A stretch of DNA of 64,000 nucleotides from Nemertoderma westbladi (GCA_032718475.1 JAUCBJ010002774.1:2359-66358), one strand, 5' to 3'; counted from the stretch's first letter, positions 22,451 to 35,969 are shown. Numbers and translations are program-made. Notes: generated from the sequence alone by a model not told the origin.

Positions 22451-22683
22451 GGGGCGAGCCACGATTGGGGAGTGGGTGGGCCTTTAGCGTAGCGGTATCA
22501 TTAGTAAACCGTGTGTCGTTGTCATTGTGTCATCTGCGTCATTGTCGGAAATTTGTTAACACGATTTACTCTGTCAACTTTTAACGAAATTAAATAAGGG
22601 AAAGTTTATATTTATATTAAAATTATATTGGGCGGACGAATACGAGTTTGCACGTCTCGTGTTGCGCGATGGCCCCACGAACG
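22451..22683 (-). mobile_element. Short copy of the hairpin-ended element in reverse orientation
   Basis: ggggcgagccacga at 22451 and tcgtgttgcgcgatggccccacgaacg ending at 22683. Confidence 0.7.
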
Positions 22684-22941
22684 TGTTGGATTGATAAATG
22701 TATCCGAGACTCCGGATCAATAATTTGTTTAAGTCGTTTAACATTTTTCGATATATTCAATACTAAAGATATCTTTTCTTAACAAAATATTTTATTTTGG
22801 CGTAATTTGTTGTTGGTTATATATTTAGTGTATTTTAATGTTAACTAACATTATTTTAGCTCCTAGAGTCAATTTTTTTTAATTTTAAACTATTTAATTA
22901 AATAATTACTGACTGGATTATTTCTTTATTTGATTATTCAG

Positions 22942-23089
22942 GAAGCTGATAACGATCCATCTGGTGACGCAGCCCAGGTCAGCCAACAGAGTCTAACTTT
23001 CTACGAGTTAGATCTCGGACTCAATCACGTAGTCAGAAAGTACAGCGAGTTGTTGGAAGAACGGGGGAATATGTTGATAGCAGTACCAG
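22942..23089 (+). CDS. SF3B3: SF3B3 coding exon 4
   Basis: ttcag| EADNDPSGDAAQVSQQSLTFYELDLGLNHVVRKYSELLEERGNMLIAVP G|gtgagt. Confidence 0.97.
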
Positions 23090-26000
23090 GTGAGTGAGTG
23101 TGGGAGAACGGGGGAATATGTTGGTAGCAGTACCAGGTGAGTGAGTGAGTGTGGGAGAACGGGGGAATAAGTTGGTAGCAGTACCAGGTGAGTGATTGTG
23201 GGAGAACGGGGGAATATGTTGGTAGCAGTACCAGGTGAGTGATTGTGGGAGAACGGGGGAATATGTTGGTAGCAGTACCAGGTGAGTGAGTGTGGGAGAA
23301 CGGGGGAATATGTTGGTAGCAGTACCAGGTGAGTGATTGTGGGAGAACGGGGGAATATGTTGATAGCAGTACCGGGTGAGTGAGTGTGGGAGATGGGGGA
23401 ATATGTTGATAGCAGTACCAGGTGAGTGATTGTGGGAGAACGGGGGAATATGTTGGTAGCAGTACCGGGTGAGTGAGTGTGGGAGAACGGGGGAATATGT
23501 TGATAGTAGTACCAGGTGAGTGAGTGTGGGAGACGGGGGAATATGTTGGTAGCAGTACCGGGTGAGTGAGTGTGGGAGAACGGGGGAATATGTTGATAGC
23601 CAGTACCAGGTGAGTGAGTGTGGGAGAACGGGGTAATATGTTGATAGCAGTACCAGGTGAGTGAGTGAGTGTGGGAGAACGGGGGAATATGTTAGGTAGC
23701 AGTACCAGGTGAGTGAGTGTGGGAGAACGGGGTAATATGTTGATAGCAGTACCAGGTGAGTGAGTGAGTGTGGGAGAACGGGGGAATATGTTAGATAGCA
23801 GTACCGGGTGAGTGAGTGTGGGAGACGGGGGAATATGTTGGTAGCAGTACCAGGTGAGTGATTGTGGGAGAACGGGGGAATATGTTGATAGCCAGTACCA
23901 GGTGAGTGAGTGTGGGAGAACGGGGGAATATGTTGATAGCAGTACCGGGTGAGTGAGTGTGGGAGATGGGGGAATATGTTGATAGCAGTACCAGGTGAGT
24001 GATTGTGGGAGAACGGGGGAATATGTTGGTAGCAGTACCAGGTGAGTGATTGTGGGAGAACGGGGGAATATGTTGATAGCAGTACCGGGTGAGTGAGTGT
24101 GGGAGATGGGGGAATATGTTGATAGCAGTACCAGGTGAGTGAGTGAGTGTGGGAGAACGGGGGAATATGTTAGGTAGCAGTACCAGGTGAGTGAGTGTGG
24201 GAGAACGGGGTAATATGTTGATAGCAGTACCAGGTGAGTGAGTGTGGGAGAACGGGGGAATATGTTGATAGCAGTACCGGGTGAGTGAGTGTGGGAGATG
24301 GGGGAATATGTTGATAGCAGTACCAGGTGAGTGAGTGAGTGTGGGAGAACGGGGGAATATGTTAGGTAGCAGTACCAGGTGAGTGAGTGTGGGAGAACGG
24401 GGTAATATGTTGATAGCAGTACCAGGTGAGTGAGTGAGTGTGGGAGAACGGGGGAATATGTTAGATAGCAGTACCGGGTGAGTGAGTGTGGGAGACGGGG
24501 GAATATGTTGGTAGCAGTACCAGGTGAGTGATTGTGGGAGAACGGGGGAATATGTTGATAGCCAGTACCAGGTGAGTGAGTGTGGGAGAACGGGGTAATA
24601 TGTTGATAGCAGTACCAGGTGAGTGAGTGAGTGTGGGAGAACGGGGGAATATGTTAGATAGCAGTACCGGGTGAGTGAGTGTGGGAGAACGGGGGAATAT
24701 GTTAGATAGCAGTACCAGGTGAGTGAGTGTGGGAGAACGGGGGAATATGTTAGGTAGCAGTACCAGGTGAGTGAGTGTGGGAGAACGGGGGAATATGTTG
24801 GTAGCAGTACCGGGTGAGTGAGTGTGGGAGAACGGGGGAATATGTTGTAGCAGTACCAGGTGAGTGAGTGTGGGAGAACGGGGGAATATGTTAGGTAGCA
24901 GTACCAGGTGAGTGAGTGTGGGAGAACGGGGGAATATGTTGGTAGCAGTACCGGGTGAGTGAGTGTGGGAGAACGGGGGAATATGTTAGATAGCAGTACC
25001 AGGTGAGTGAGTGTGGGAGAACGGGGGAATATGTTAGATAGCAGTACCAGGTGAGTGAGTGTGGGAGAACGGGGGAATATGTTAGGTAGCAGTACCAGGT
25101 GAGTGAGTGTGGGAGAACGGGGGAATATGTTGGTAGCAGTACCGGGTGAGTGAGTGTGGGAGAACGGGGGAATATGTTGTAGCAGTACCAGGTGAGTGAG
25201 TGTGGGAGACGGGGGAATATGTTGGTAGCAGTGCCAGGTGAGTGAGTGTGGGAGAACGGGGTAATATGTTGATAGCAGTACCAGGTGAGTGAGTGAGTGT
25301 GGGAGAACGGGGTAATATGTTGATAGTAGTACCAGGTGAGTGAGTGAGTGTGGGAGAACGGGGGAATATGTTAGGTAGCAGTACCAGGTGAGTGAGTGTG
25401 GGAGAACGGGGTAATATGTTGATAGCAGTACCAGGTGAGTGAGTGAGTGTGGGAGAACGGGGGAATATGTTGATAGCAGTGCCAGGTGAGTGAGTGTGGG
25501 AGAACGGGGAATATGTTGGTAGCAGTACCAGGTGAGTGATTGTGGGAGAACGGGGGAATATGTTGGTAGCAGTACCAGGTGAGTGATTGTGGGAGAACGG
25601 GGGAATATGTTGGTAGCAGTACCAGGTGAGTGATTGTGGGAGAACGGGGGAATATGTTGATAGCAGTACCGGGTGAGTGAGTGTGGGAGATGGGGGAATA
25701 TGTTGATAGCAGTACCAGGTGAGTGAGTGAGTGTGGGAGAACGGGGGAATATGTTAGGTAGCAGTACCAGGTGAGTGAGTGTGGGAGAACGGGGTAATAT
25801 GTTGATAGCAGTACCAGGTGAGTGAGTGAGTGTGGGAGAACGGGGGAATATGTTAGATAGCAGTACCGGGTGAGTGAGTGTGGGAGACGGGGGAATATGT
25901 TGGTAGCAGTACCAGGTGAGTGATTGTGGGAGAACGGGGGAATATGTTGATAGCCAGTACCAGGTGAGTGAGTGTGGGAGAACGGGGTAATATGTTGATA

Positions 26001-29000
26001 GCAGTACCAGGTGAGTGAGTGAGTGTGGGAGAACGGGGGAATATGTTAGATAGCAGTACCGGGTGAGTGAGTGTGGGAGAACGGGGGAATATGTTAGATA
26101 GCAGTACCAGGTGAGTGAGTGTGGGAGAACGGGGGAATATGTTAGGTAGCAGTACCAGGTGAGTGAGTGTGGGAGAACGGGGGAATATGTTGGTAGCAGT
26201 ACCGGGTGAGTGAGTGTGGGAGAACGGGGGAATATGTTGTAGCAGTCCAGGTGAGTGAGTGTGGGAGACGGGGGAATATGTTGGTAGCAGTGCCAGGTGA
26301 GTGAGTGTGGGAGACGGGGGAATATGTTAGATAGCAGTACCAGGTGAGTGAGTGTGGGAGGCGGGGGAATATGTTAGGTAGCAGTACCGGGTGAGTGAGT
26401 GTGGGAGAGCGGGGAATATGTTGGTAGCAGTACCGGGTGAGTGAGTGTGGGAGAACGGGGGAATATGTTAAGTAGCAGTACCGGGTGAGTGAGTGTGGGA
26501 GAACGGGGGAATATGTTAGGTAGCAGTACCGGGTGAGTGAGTGTGGGAGAACGGGGAATATGTTGGTAGCAGTACCGGGTGAGTGAGTGTGGGAGAACGG
26601 GGGAATATGTTAAGTAGCAGTACCGGGTGAGTGAGTGTGGGAGAACGGGGGAATATGTTAGGTAGCAGTACCGGGTGAGTGAGTGTGGGAGAACGGGGAA
26701 TATGTTGGTAGCAGTACCGGGTGAGTGAGTGTGGGAGACGGGGGAATATGTTGATAGCGGTACCAGGTGGGTGAGTGTGGGAGACGGGGGAATATGTTGG
26801 TAGCAGTACCAGGTGAGTGAGTGTGGGAGACGGGGGAATATGTTGATAGCAATACCGGGTGAGTGAGTGTGGGAGAACGGGGGAATATGTTAGATAGCAA
26901 TACCAGGTGAGTGAGTGTGGGAGACGGGGGAATATGTTGGTAGCAGTACCAGGTGAGTGAGTGTGGGAGATGGGGGAATATGTTAGATAGCAGTACCGGG
27001 TGAGTGAGTGTGGGAGACGGGGGAATATGTTAGGTAGCAGTACCGGGTGAGTGAGTGTGGGAGAACGGGGGAATATGTTAGATAGCAGTACCAGGTGAGT
27101 GAGTGTGGGAGAACGGGGGAATATGTTGATAGCAGTGCCAGGTGAGTGAGTGTGGGAGAACGGGGGAATATGTTAGGTAGCAGTACCGGGTGAGTGAGTG
27201 TGGGAGAACGGGGGAATATGTTAGATAGCAGTACCAGGTGAGTGAGTGTGGGAGAACGGGGGAATATGTTGATAGCAGTGCCAGGTGAGTGAGTGTGGGA
27301 GGACGGGGGAATATGTTAGATAGCAATACCAGGTGAGTGAGTGTGGGGGACGGGGGAATATGTTGGTAGCAGTACCGGGTGAGTGAGTGTGGGAGAACGG
27401 GGGAATATGTTAGATAGCAATACCAGGTGAGTGAGTGTGGGAGACGGGGGAATATGTTGGTAGCAGTACCAGGTGAGTGAGTGTGGGAGATGGGGGAATA
27501 TGTTAGATAGCAGTACCGGGTGAGTGAGTGTGGGAGACGGGGGAATATGTTAGGTAGCAGTACCGGGTGAGTGAGTGTGGGAGAACGGGGGAATATGTTA
27601 GATAGCAGTACCAGGTGAGTGAGTGTGGGAGAACGGGGGAATATGTTGATAGCAGTGCCAGGTGAGTGAGTGTGGGAGAACGGGGGAATATGTTAGGTAG
27701 CAGTACCGGGTGAGTGAGTGTGGGAGAACGGGGGAATATGTTAGATAGCAGTACCAGGTGAGTGAGTGTGGGAGAACGGGGGAATATGTTGATAGCAGTA
27801 CCAGGTGAGTGAGTGAGTGTGGGAGAACGGGGTAATATGTTGATAGCAGTACCAGGTGAGTGAGTGAGTGTGGGAGAACGGGGGAATATGTTAGGTAGCA
27901 GTACCAGGTGAGTGAGTGTGGGAGAACGGGGTAATATGTTGATAGCAGTACCAGGTGAGTGAGTGAGTGTGGGAGAACGGGGGAATATGTTAGATAGCAG
28001 TACCGGGTGAGTGAGTGTGGGAGAACGGGGGAATATGTTGGTAGCAGTACCAGGTGAGTGATTGTGGGAGAACGGGGGAATATGTTGGTAGCAGTACCAG
28101 GTGAGTGATTGTGGGAGAACGGGGGAATATGTTGATAGCAGTACCGGGTGAGTGAGTGTGGGAGATGGGGGAATATGTTGATAGCAGTACCAGGTGAGTG
28201 AGTGAGTGTGGGAGAACGGGGGAATATGTTAGGTAGCAGTACCAGGTGAGTGAGTGTGGGAGAACGGGGTAATATGTTGATAGCAGTACCAGGTGAGTGA
28301 GTGAGTGTGGGAGAACGGGGGAATATGTTAGATAGCAGTACCGGGTGAGTGAGTGTGGGAGAACGGGGGAATATGTTAGATAGCAGTACCAGGTGAGTGA
28401 GTGTGGGAGAACGGGGGAATATGTTAGGTAGCAGTACCAGGTGAGTGAGTGTGGGAGAACGGGGGAATATGTTGGTAGCAGTACCGGGTGAGTGAGTGTG
28501 GGAGAACGGGGGAATATGTTGTAGCAGTCCAGGTGAGTGAGTGTGGGAGACGGGGGAATATGTTGGTAGCAGTGCCAGGTGAGTGAGTGTGGGAGACGGG
28601 GGAATATGTTAGATAGCAGTACCAGGTGAGTGAGTGTGGGAGGCGGGGGAATATGTTAGGTAGCAGTACCGGGTGAGTGAGTGTGGGAGAACGGGGAATA
28701 TGTTGGTAGCAGTACCGGGTGAGTGAGTGTGGGAGAACGGGGGAATATGTTAAGTAGCAGTACCGGGTGAGTGAGTGTGGGAGAACGGGGGAATATGTTA
28801 GGTAGCAGTACCGGGTGAGTGAGTGTGGGAGAACGGGGAATATGTTGGTAGCAGTACCGGGTGAGTGAGTGTGGGAGAACGGGGGAATATGTTAAGTAGC
28901 AGTACCGGGTGAGTGAGTGTGGGAGAACGGGGGAATATGTTAGGTAGCAGTACCGGGTGAGTGAGTGTGGGAGAACGGGGAATATGTTGGTAGCAGTACC

Positions 29001-32000
29001 GGGTGAGTGAGTGTGGGAGACGGGGGAATATGTTGGTAGCAGTACCAGGTGAGTGAGTGTGGGAGACGGGGGAATATGTTGATAGCAATACCGGGTGAGT
29101 GAGTGTGGGAGAACGGGGGAATATGTTAGATAGCAATACCAGGTGAGTGAGTGTGGGATACGGGGGAATATGTTGGTAGCAGTACCAGGTGAGTGAGTGT
29201 GGGAGATGGGGGAATATGTTAGATAGCAGTACCGGGTGAGTGAGTGTGGGAGACGGGGGAATATGTTAGGTAGCAGTACCGGGTGAGTGAGTGTGGGAGA
29301 ACGGGGGAATATGTTAGATAGCAGTACCAGGTGAGTGAGTGTGGGAGAACGGGGGAATATGTTGATAGCAGTGCCAGGTGAGTGAGTGTGGGAGAACGGG
29401 GGAATATGTTAGGTAGCAGTACCGGGTGAGTGAGTGTGGGAGAACGGGGGAATATGTTAGATAGCAGTACCAGGTGAGTGAGTGTGGGAGAACGGGGGAA
29501 TATGTTGATAGCAGTGCCAGGTGAGTGAGTGTGGGAGGACGGGGGAATATGTTAGATAGCAATACCAGGTGAGTGAGTGTGGGGGACGGGGGAATATGTT
29601 GGTAGCAGTACCGGGTGAGTGAGTGTGGGAGAACGGGGGAATATGTTAGATAGCAATACCAGGTGAGTGAGTGTGTGAGAACGGGGGAATATGTTGATAG
29701 CAGTGCCAGGTGAGTGAGTGTGGGAGATGGGGGAATATGTTAGATAGCAGTACCGGGTGAGTGAGTGTGGGAGACGGGGGAATATGTTAGGTAGCAGTAC
29801 CGGGTGAGTGAGTGTGGGAGAACGGGGGAATATGTTAGATAGCAGTACCGGGTGAGTGAGTGTGGGAGACGGGGGAATATGTTAGGTAGCAGTACCGGGT
29901 GAGTGAGTGTGGGAGAACGGGGGAATATGTTAGATAGCAGTACCAGGTGAGTGAGTGTGGGAGAACGGGGGAATATGTTGATAGCAGTGCCAGGTGAGTG
30001 AGTGTGGGAGAACGGGGGAATATGTTAGGTAGCAGTACCGGGTGAGTGAGTGTGGGAGAACGGGGGAATATGTTAGATAGCAGTACCAGGTGAGTGAGTG
30101 TGGGAGAACGGGGGAATATGTTGATAGCAGTGCCAGGTGAGTGAGTGTGGGAGGACGGGGGAATATGTTAGATAGCAATACCAGGTGAGTGAGTGTGGGG
30201 GACGGGGGAATATGTTGGTAGCAGTACCAGGTGAGTGAGTGTGGGAGACGGGGGAATATGTTGATAGCAGTACCAGGTGAGTGAGTGTGGGAGAACGGGG
30301 GAATATGTTGGTAGCAGTACCATGTGAGTGAGTGTGGGAGAACGGGGGAATATGTTGATAGCAGTACCAGGTGGGTGAGTGTGGGAGAACGGGGTAATAT
30401 GTTGATAGCAGCACCAGGTGAGTGAGTGAGTGTGGGAGAACGGGGGAATATGTTAGATAGCAGTACCGGGTGAGTGAGTGTGGGAGAACGGGGGAATATG
30501 TTAGATAGCAGTACCAGGTGAGTGAGTGTGGGAGAACGGGGGAATATGTTGATAGCAGTACCAGGTGAGTGAGTGTGGGAGAACGGGGTAATATGTTGAT
30601 AGCAGTACCAGGTGAGTGAGTGAGGGTGGGAGAACGGGGGAATATGTTAGATAGCAGTACCGGGTGAGTGAGTGTGGGAGAACGGGGGAATATGTTAGAT
30701 AGCAGTACCAGGTGAGGGAGAACGGGGGAATATGTTGATATCAGTACCAGGTGAGTGAGTGTGGGAGAACGGGGGAATATGTTAGGTAGCAGTACCGGGT
30801 GAGTGAGTGTGGGAGAACGGGGGAATATGTTAGATAGCAGTACCAGGTGAGTGAGTGTGGGAGAACGGGTGAATATGTTGATAGCAGTACCAGGTGAGTG
30901 AGTGTGGGAGGACGGGGGAATATGTTAGATAGCAATACCAGGTGAGTGAGTGTGGGGGACGGGGGAATATGTTGGTAGCAGTACCAGGTGAGTGAGTGTG
31001 GGAGATGGGGGAATATGTTGGTAGCAGTACCAGGTGAGTGAGTGTGGGAGAACGGGGGAATATGTTGGTAGCAGTACCAGGTGAGTGAGTGTGAGAGAAC
31101 GGGGGAATATGTTGATAGCAGTACCAGGTGAGTGAGTGTGGGAGACGGGGGAATATGTTGGTAGCAGTACCAGGTGAGTGAGTGAGTGTGGGAGAACGGG
31201 GGAATATGTTGGTAGCAGTACCGGGTGAGTGAGTGTGGGAGAACGGGGGAATATGTTGGTAGCAGTACTACTACTACTAGGATCGGCATGCTGCATTGCA
31301 GCTGCATTTTTAAGAATGCTGTGCCGGCTTGTCAACAAAATTGCACCGCCACAACTCCCTATCACCCATGACATTTGCTAGATCATCCGCATCTTTAAGG
31401 CCAGTGTCCTTTAAGATGCGTCTCAAGAAAGTCATGGGCTGTCCACCATGCTTATTCACTCCATGAGGCTGCCAAAGTACAAGATTATGCACTGGCTGGT
31501 CCTCACGGCGAAAGCAATGTCCTGCAAAGCGGAGGCGATTTTGTTCTAGTGTCAAGCTTGGGGGAACCAATGAGACACCTCCAATGTTATATAGTGTCTG
31601 GTTGGAGATGTGTGCATTGTACTTGACACAATGTACCCGGCGTAGCATTCTTGTGAATGTGCCATCCAGAGATTTGGTGTCCTCAGCAGTTAGAGCCCAG
31701 CATGGACTCCCGTAGAGGAGTACTGGAACTACTGCTGCTCTAAATAATCGGACCTTAAGTTTCCGATTAATTCTAGGTGACTTCCAAATCCTGGAAAGCC
31801 TATTCAAGGCTGCCCATGCCTTTCCCTTACGTATTCGAAGGTCCTCACCTGACTTCCGGATCCATGATCCCAGGTAACAGAAGTCGTCCACATGCTCAAG
31901 CATACCATCCTTTGAGCTTATGCTCATCCGATCAGAGACTTGCTGAGGACTTTCAAAGTTAACTGTCAGAATTTTGGTCTTTCTGGAGTTAATAAAAAGA

Positions 32001-34450
32001 CCAACACTAGAAGCAGCATGTTCTAATGAGCTGAGGAGCCGCTGGGCTCCCTCTAATGATTCTGAGAGTACTCCTAAGTCATCAGCAAAGTCTAGATCAG
32101 TTAGGTACTTGGCAGGATTTCCTCGACTTCTGGAGCCAGTAGGTGGAGTTATCATCACCCCATCATCATTATGATGATCTAAGGACATGCGTAGAACATA
32201 GTCAACCACAATAATGAACAAGAATGGTGCAAGTGTGTCTCCTTGGAGGACGCCCCATAACACTTCAAATGGTTCTGTGTCACCGTCAACAGTAGACACA
32301 AATGTTGTCGAACCATCGTATACTGATCTGATTGCTGCAATAATTTCATCAGGAATCCCATATAATGAAAGTATGCTGAACATACGTGAGCGAGAGACTG
32401 AATCAAAGGCCTTGAAGAAGTCAACAAAGATAACAGCCAGATGCCTGTCTTTCTTTTTTGATAACTCTTCAATTATCCTTCTAAGTGCCAAAATGGGCTC
32501 CATGGTCCCACGACCTTTACGGAACCCATTCTGATTTCCACGTAGCAGTCTCTCAATGGGATCTCTGATGCGATTTAATAGAATTCTATTGTATAGTTTT
32601 GCAGCAATCGAGATCAATGAGATTCCCCGAAAAGAACCATAGAGTGTTAGGTTGCCCTTCTTGGGAACTGGCACCAACTTATTTGTTTTCATTTCTTGTG
32701 GGACTCTTGTTGTACGGTACATGTCTACTATGATGGGATAGATGAGCTTTAAACACTCAGGTATTTTAAAGACCTCAGGGGGAACACCATCTACTCCACT
32801 GGCACGATTGGTCTTAATGCTCTTTGCAGCAGCCTTCACTTCTGCAAAGGAGATATCGCCAATGGGAATATCTGGGAGTACAGACTCAGACACTTTTACT
32901 TCTATAAAGTTATCAGGCAATACCCTGTCATTATTGAGGAGCTTTTCAAAGTGGGCTTTCCAACCATTAAGGCGATCGGCTGGTGATTCAGCCTTAACCT
33001 TGGTGGTTGGTTGGCTTTTCCGCCCAGTAAGCAGATTGATCGATTTCCATGCCTGGGATGATTGCCTGCTGTCGTCAGCATCATTGATGGCATCAACCTG
33101 TTGGTTTATTAGCTCCTGTAGATTAACAGAGTACTGCCTGTTCAGGGACCTAGATGCAGCTTTAACTGTATTCTTGGCCGCTGTAGTCTGTTTGAGTCGG
33201 GACTCTTTCTGCGCCTTATGAAGGTCATTTCGGCACTTCTGAATTTTTTTTTGAATTTTTGGAATAACTTGGTAGCAGTACCAGGTGAGTGAGTGTGGGA
33301 GATGGGGGAATATGTTGGTAGCAGTACCAGGTGAGTGAGTGTGGGAGACGGGGGAATATGTTGGTAGCAGTACCAGGTGAGTGAGTGTGGGAGAACGGGG
33401 GAATATGTTGATAGCAGTACCGGGTGAGTGAGTGTGGGAGATGGGGGAATATGTTGGTAGCAGTACCAGGTGAGTGAGTGTGGGAGAACGGGGGAATATG
33501 TTGATAGCAGTACCAGGTGAGTGAGTGTGGGAGACGGGGGAATATGTTGGTAGCAGTACCAGATGAGTGAGTGTGGGAGATGGGGGAATATGTTGGTAGC
33601 AGTAGCAGGTGAGTGAGTGTGGGAGAACGGGGGAATATGTTGATAGCAGTACCAGGTGAGTGAGTGTGGGAGAACGGGGGAATATGTTGATAGCAATACC
33701 GGGTGAGTGAGTGTGGGAGAACGGGGGAATATGTTGGTACCAGTACCGGGTGAGTGAGTGTGGGAGAACGGGGGAATATGTTGGTAGCAATACCGGGTGA
33801 GTGAGTGTGGGAGAACGGGGGAATATGTTGGTAGCAATACCGGGTGAGTGAGTGTGGGAGAACGGGGGAATATGTTGGTAGCAATACCGGGTGAGTGAGT
33901 GTGGGAGAACGGGGGAATATGTTGGTAGCAATACCGGGTGAGTGAGTGTGGGAGAACGTGGGAATATGTTGGTAGCAGTACCAGGTGAGTGAGTGTGGGA
34001 GACGGGGGAATATGTTAGATAGCAGTACCAGGTGAGTGAGTGTGGGAGAACGGGGGAATATGTTAGATAGCAGTACCAGGTGAGTGAGTGTGGGAGAACG
34101 TGGGAATATGTTGGTAGCAGTACCAGGTGAGTGAGTGTGGGAGAACGGAGGAATATGTTGATAGCAGTACCAGGTGAGTGAGTGTGGGAGACGGGGGAAT
34201 ATGTTAGATAGCAGTACCAGGTGAGTGAGTGTGGTAGAACGGAGGAATATGTTGATAGCAGTACCAGGTGAGTGAGTGTGGGAGAACGGGGGAATATGTT
34301 AGATAGCAGTACCAGGTGAGTGAGTGTGGGAGAACGGGGGAATATGTTGGTAGCAGTACCGGGTGAGTGAGTGTGGGAGAACGGGGGAATATGTTGATAG
34401 CAGTACCGGGTGAGTGAGTGTGGGAGAACGGGGGAATATGTTGATAGCAG
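23058..34450 (+). repeat. 47-bp minisatellite (~200 copies) made of the last 32 nt of SF3B3 exon 4 plus the first 15 nt of intron 4; interrupted by an RTE LINE
   Basis: Unit AGAACGGGGGAATATGTTGATAGCAGTACCAG|GTGAGTGAGTGTGGG with 46-51-bp variants. The first copy is the real exon end. Confidence 0.97.
31269..33268 (-). mobile_element. 5'-truncated RTE-clade LINE with an uninterrupted RT frame and a (TAG)n tail
   Basis: QNGFRKGRG, FVDFFKAFDSV, GVLQGDTLAPFLF, LDFADD, RLRFAGHC; stop at 31310. Tail tactactacta. 13-bp TSD TTGGTAGCAGTAC at 31256-31268 and 33269-33281. Confidence 0.92.
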
Positions 34451-34784
34451 CCGTAACGGGAAAAATTGAATTTACGCAATGACTATCATTTATTTAAATA
34501 GTTTGTTAACTATGTTTTATAATTTGATGTAATAATGTTCATTATAACTGTTGTTATCGAGAAGGTAAATAAAGTGTTTTATTTACTGTAAAATATGCAA
34601 TTTTATTGGTAAATTTTAAATAACCTTGGTTCCCCCCGTTAAACAACTATGAGTTACAGAGTCAGCGATAAATTAAATTATATAATTTTCAGTCTATCTT
34701 ATATTAAGTCTGTATAATTTCGCGCTGTGCCATAAGGTCAGCGGTAAATTCGGTATATTTGATCATTTTTTTTCACCGATTTAG

Positions 34785-34891
34785 GCGGAGGCGATGGTCC
34801 CAGTGGGGTTCTTATCGGAGCGGAGAACTACATCACTTACAAAAACTTTGGCGACCAGCCAGATATCCGGATGCCAATACCTAGACGGCGG
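34785..34891 (+). CDS. SF3B3: SF3B3 coding exon 5
   Basis: tttag| (G)GGDGPSGVLIGAENYITYKNFGDQPDIRMPIPRRR |gttagt. Missed by the ORF track. Confidence 0.96.
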
Positions 34892-34937
34892 GTTAGTTTG
34901 TAGTTAAATACCTGGACGATGGATTAGTTTGTAGTTA
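34876..34937 (+). repeat. Two-copy 31-bp tandem duplication spanning the exon 5 donor
   Basis: aatacctagacggcgg|gttagtttgtagtta followed by aatacctggacgatgg|attagtttgtagtta (27/31 identical). Confidence 0.85.
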
Positions 34938-35082
34938 GATTCTTATTATACAAAATAGCTTGAAAGTCTCAAAAGTTCTTTACATTAAATTTATTTACCG
35001 TATACAGTTGCGCGTGATCCTATATTTTGACCACCACAAATAAAATGACGTCATCTATTTGATTTTTTTTTCTACCGTCCAG

Positions 35083-35179
35083 AATGATTTGGATGACCCC
35101 GACAGAGGAATGCTATTCGTTTCCTCGGCAACCCATAAAACCAAAGCCATGTTCTTTCTTCTGCTGCAAACTGAGCAAG
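35083..35179 (+). CDS. SF3B3: SF3B3 coding exon 6
   Basis: tccag| NDLDDPDRGMLFVSSATHKTKAMFFLLLQTEQ G|gttagt. Confidence 0.96.
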
Positions 35180-35969
35180 GTTAGTTACATTATTGAGCTG
35201 CAAATTCAGTCTGGATTCTAAAATGTTTGATGGTTTGAGTTTTTGTTGAATCAAAATGATTTCGCCCTTGAAATAATTTATTATATTCCTGTAACACACG
35301 GCAGAGCCGAATATTTACACGAACGAGCGAAGCGAGTTGATTCTCGCAATGTTTTTCGCGAACTCTGATTGAATATTATAATATCTTATACGTTAAGAAG
35401 AAACTACTCTGGTCATTTTATGCCAATCACAATTAAGCTAAATTATGAAAGTGAATAACGTAATAGTTAGTTACTTTAAGCAACAAGTTCTCATTAACTG
35501 CAAGCCGTTAATAAATATGGTGAGAGCTCAAGGGAATGCATGGATCACTTCACTATAGAGTCGCGTTCATAAATCGAGAAATTTATCGTAAAAAATTAAT
35601 TATTCTTTGATAATTGCTACATTTATTAATATGATATTTACACATCCCGCGCGAGCTTATACTTTATAAATACAAAAAATACACAAATTAGGAAATTCAA
35701 ATTATATATCAGGAAGAAATATTAAGCCTACTTTACATTTGATGGCACACAATGCAGAAATCCCTAGAGGTTAATAAATTAATTGTAATTAAATTAATGA
35801 AAATTTAAATCATAACCAATAATTGTGTACAAAAACAGACTTTTCAAAACTAAGTGCTCCTTTATAGTAAAACCCATAAAACCACAGGCTTTTACCATGG
35901 AATTGTATACAAGTTTCTCCATGGCAACTGCCAACGACTGGGGGACTGGTAGCCTTGACGACCACCGCA

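Noticed and set aside
31310-33931. 873-aa repeat-RT fusion protein
   Set aside because: The N-terminal ~220 aa is satellite read-through from a TTG. The real element is a 5'-truncated RTE ending at the TSD (33268).
23058-34450. CRISPR-like array or protein-coding repeat
   Set aside because: Units are head-to-tail with no unique spacers, there are no cas genes, and the context is a eukaryotic intron. The minus-strand ORFs are repeat translations.
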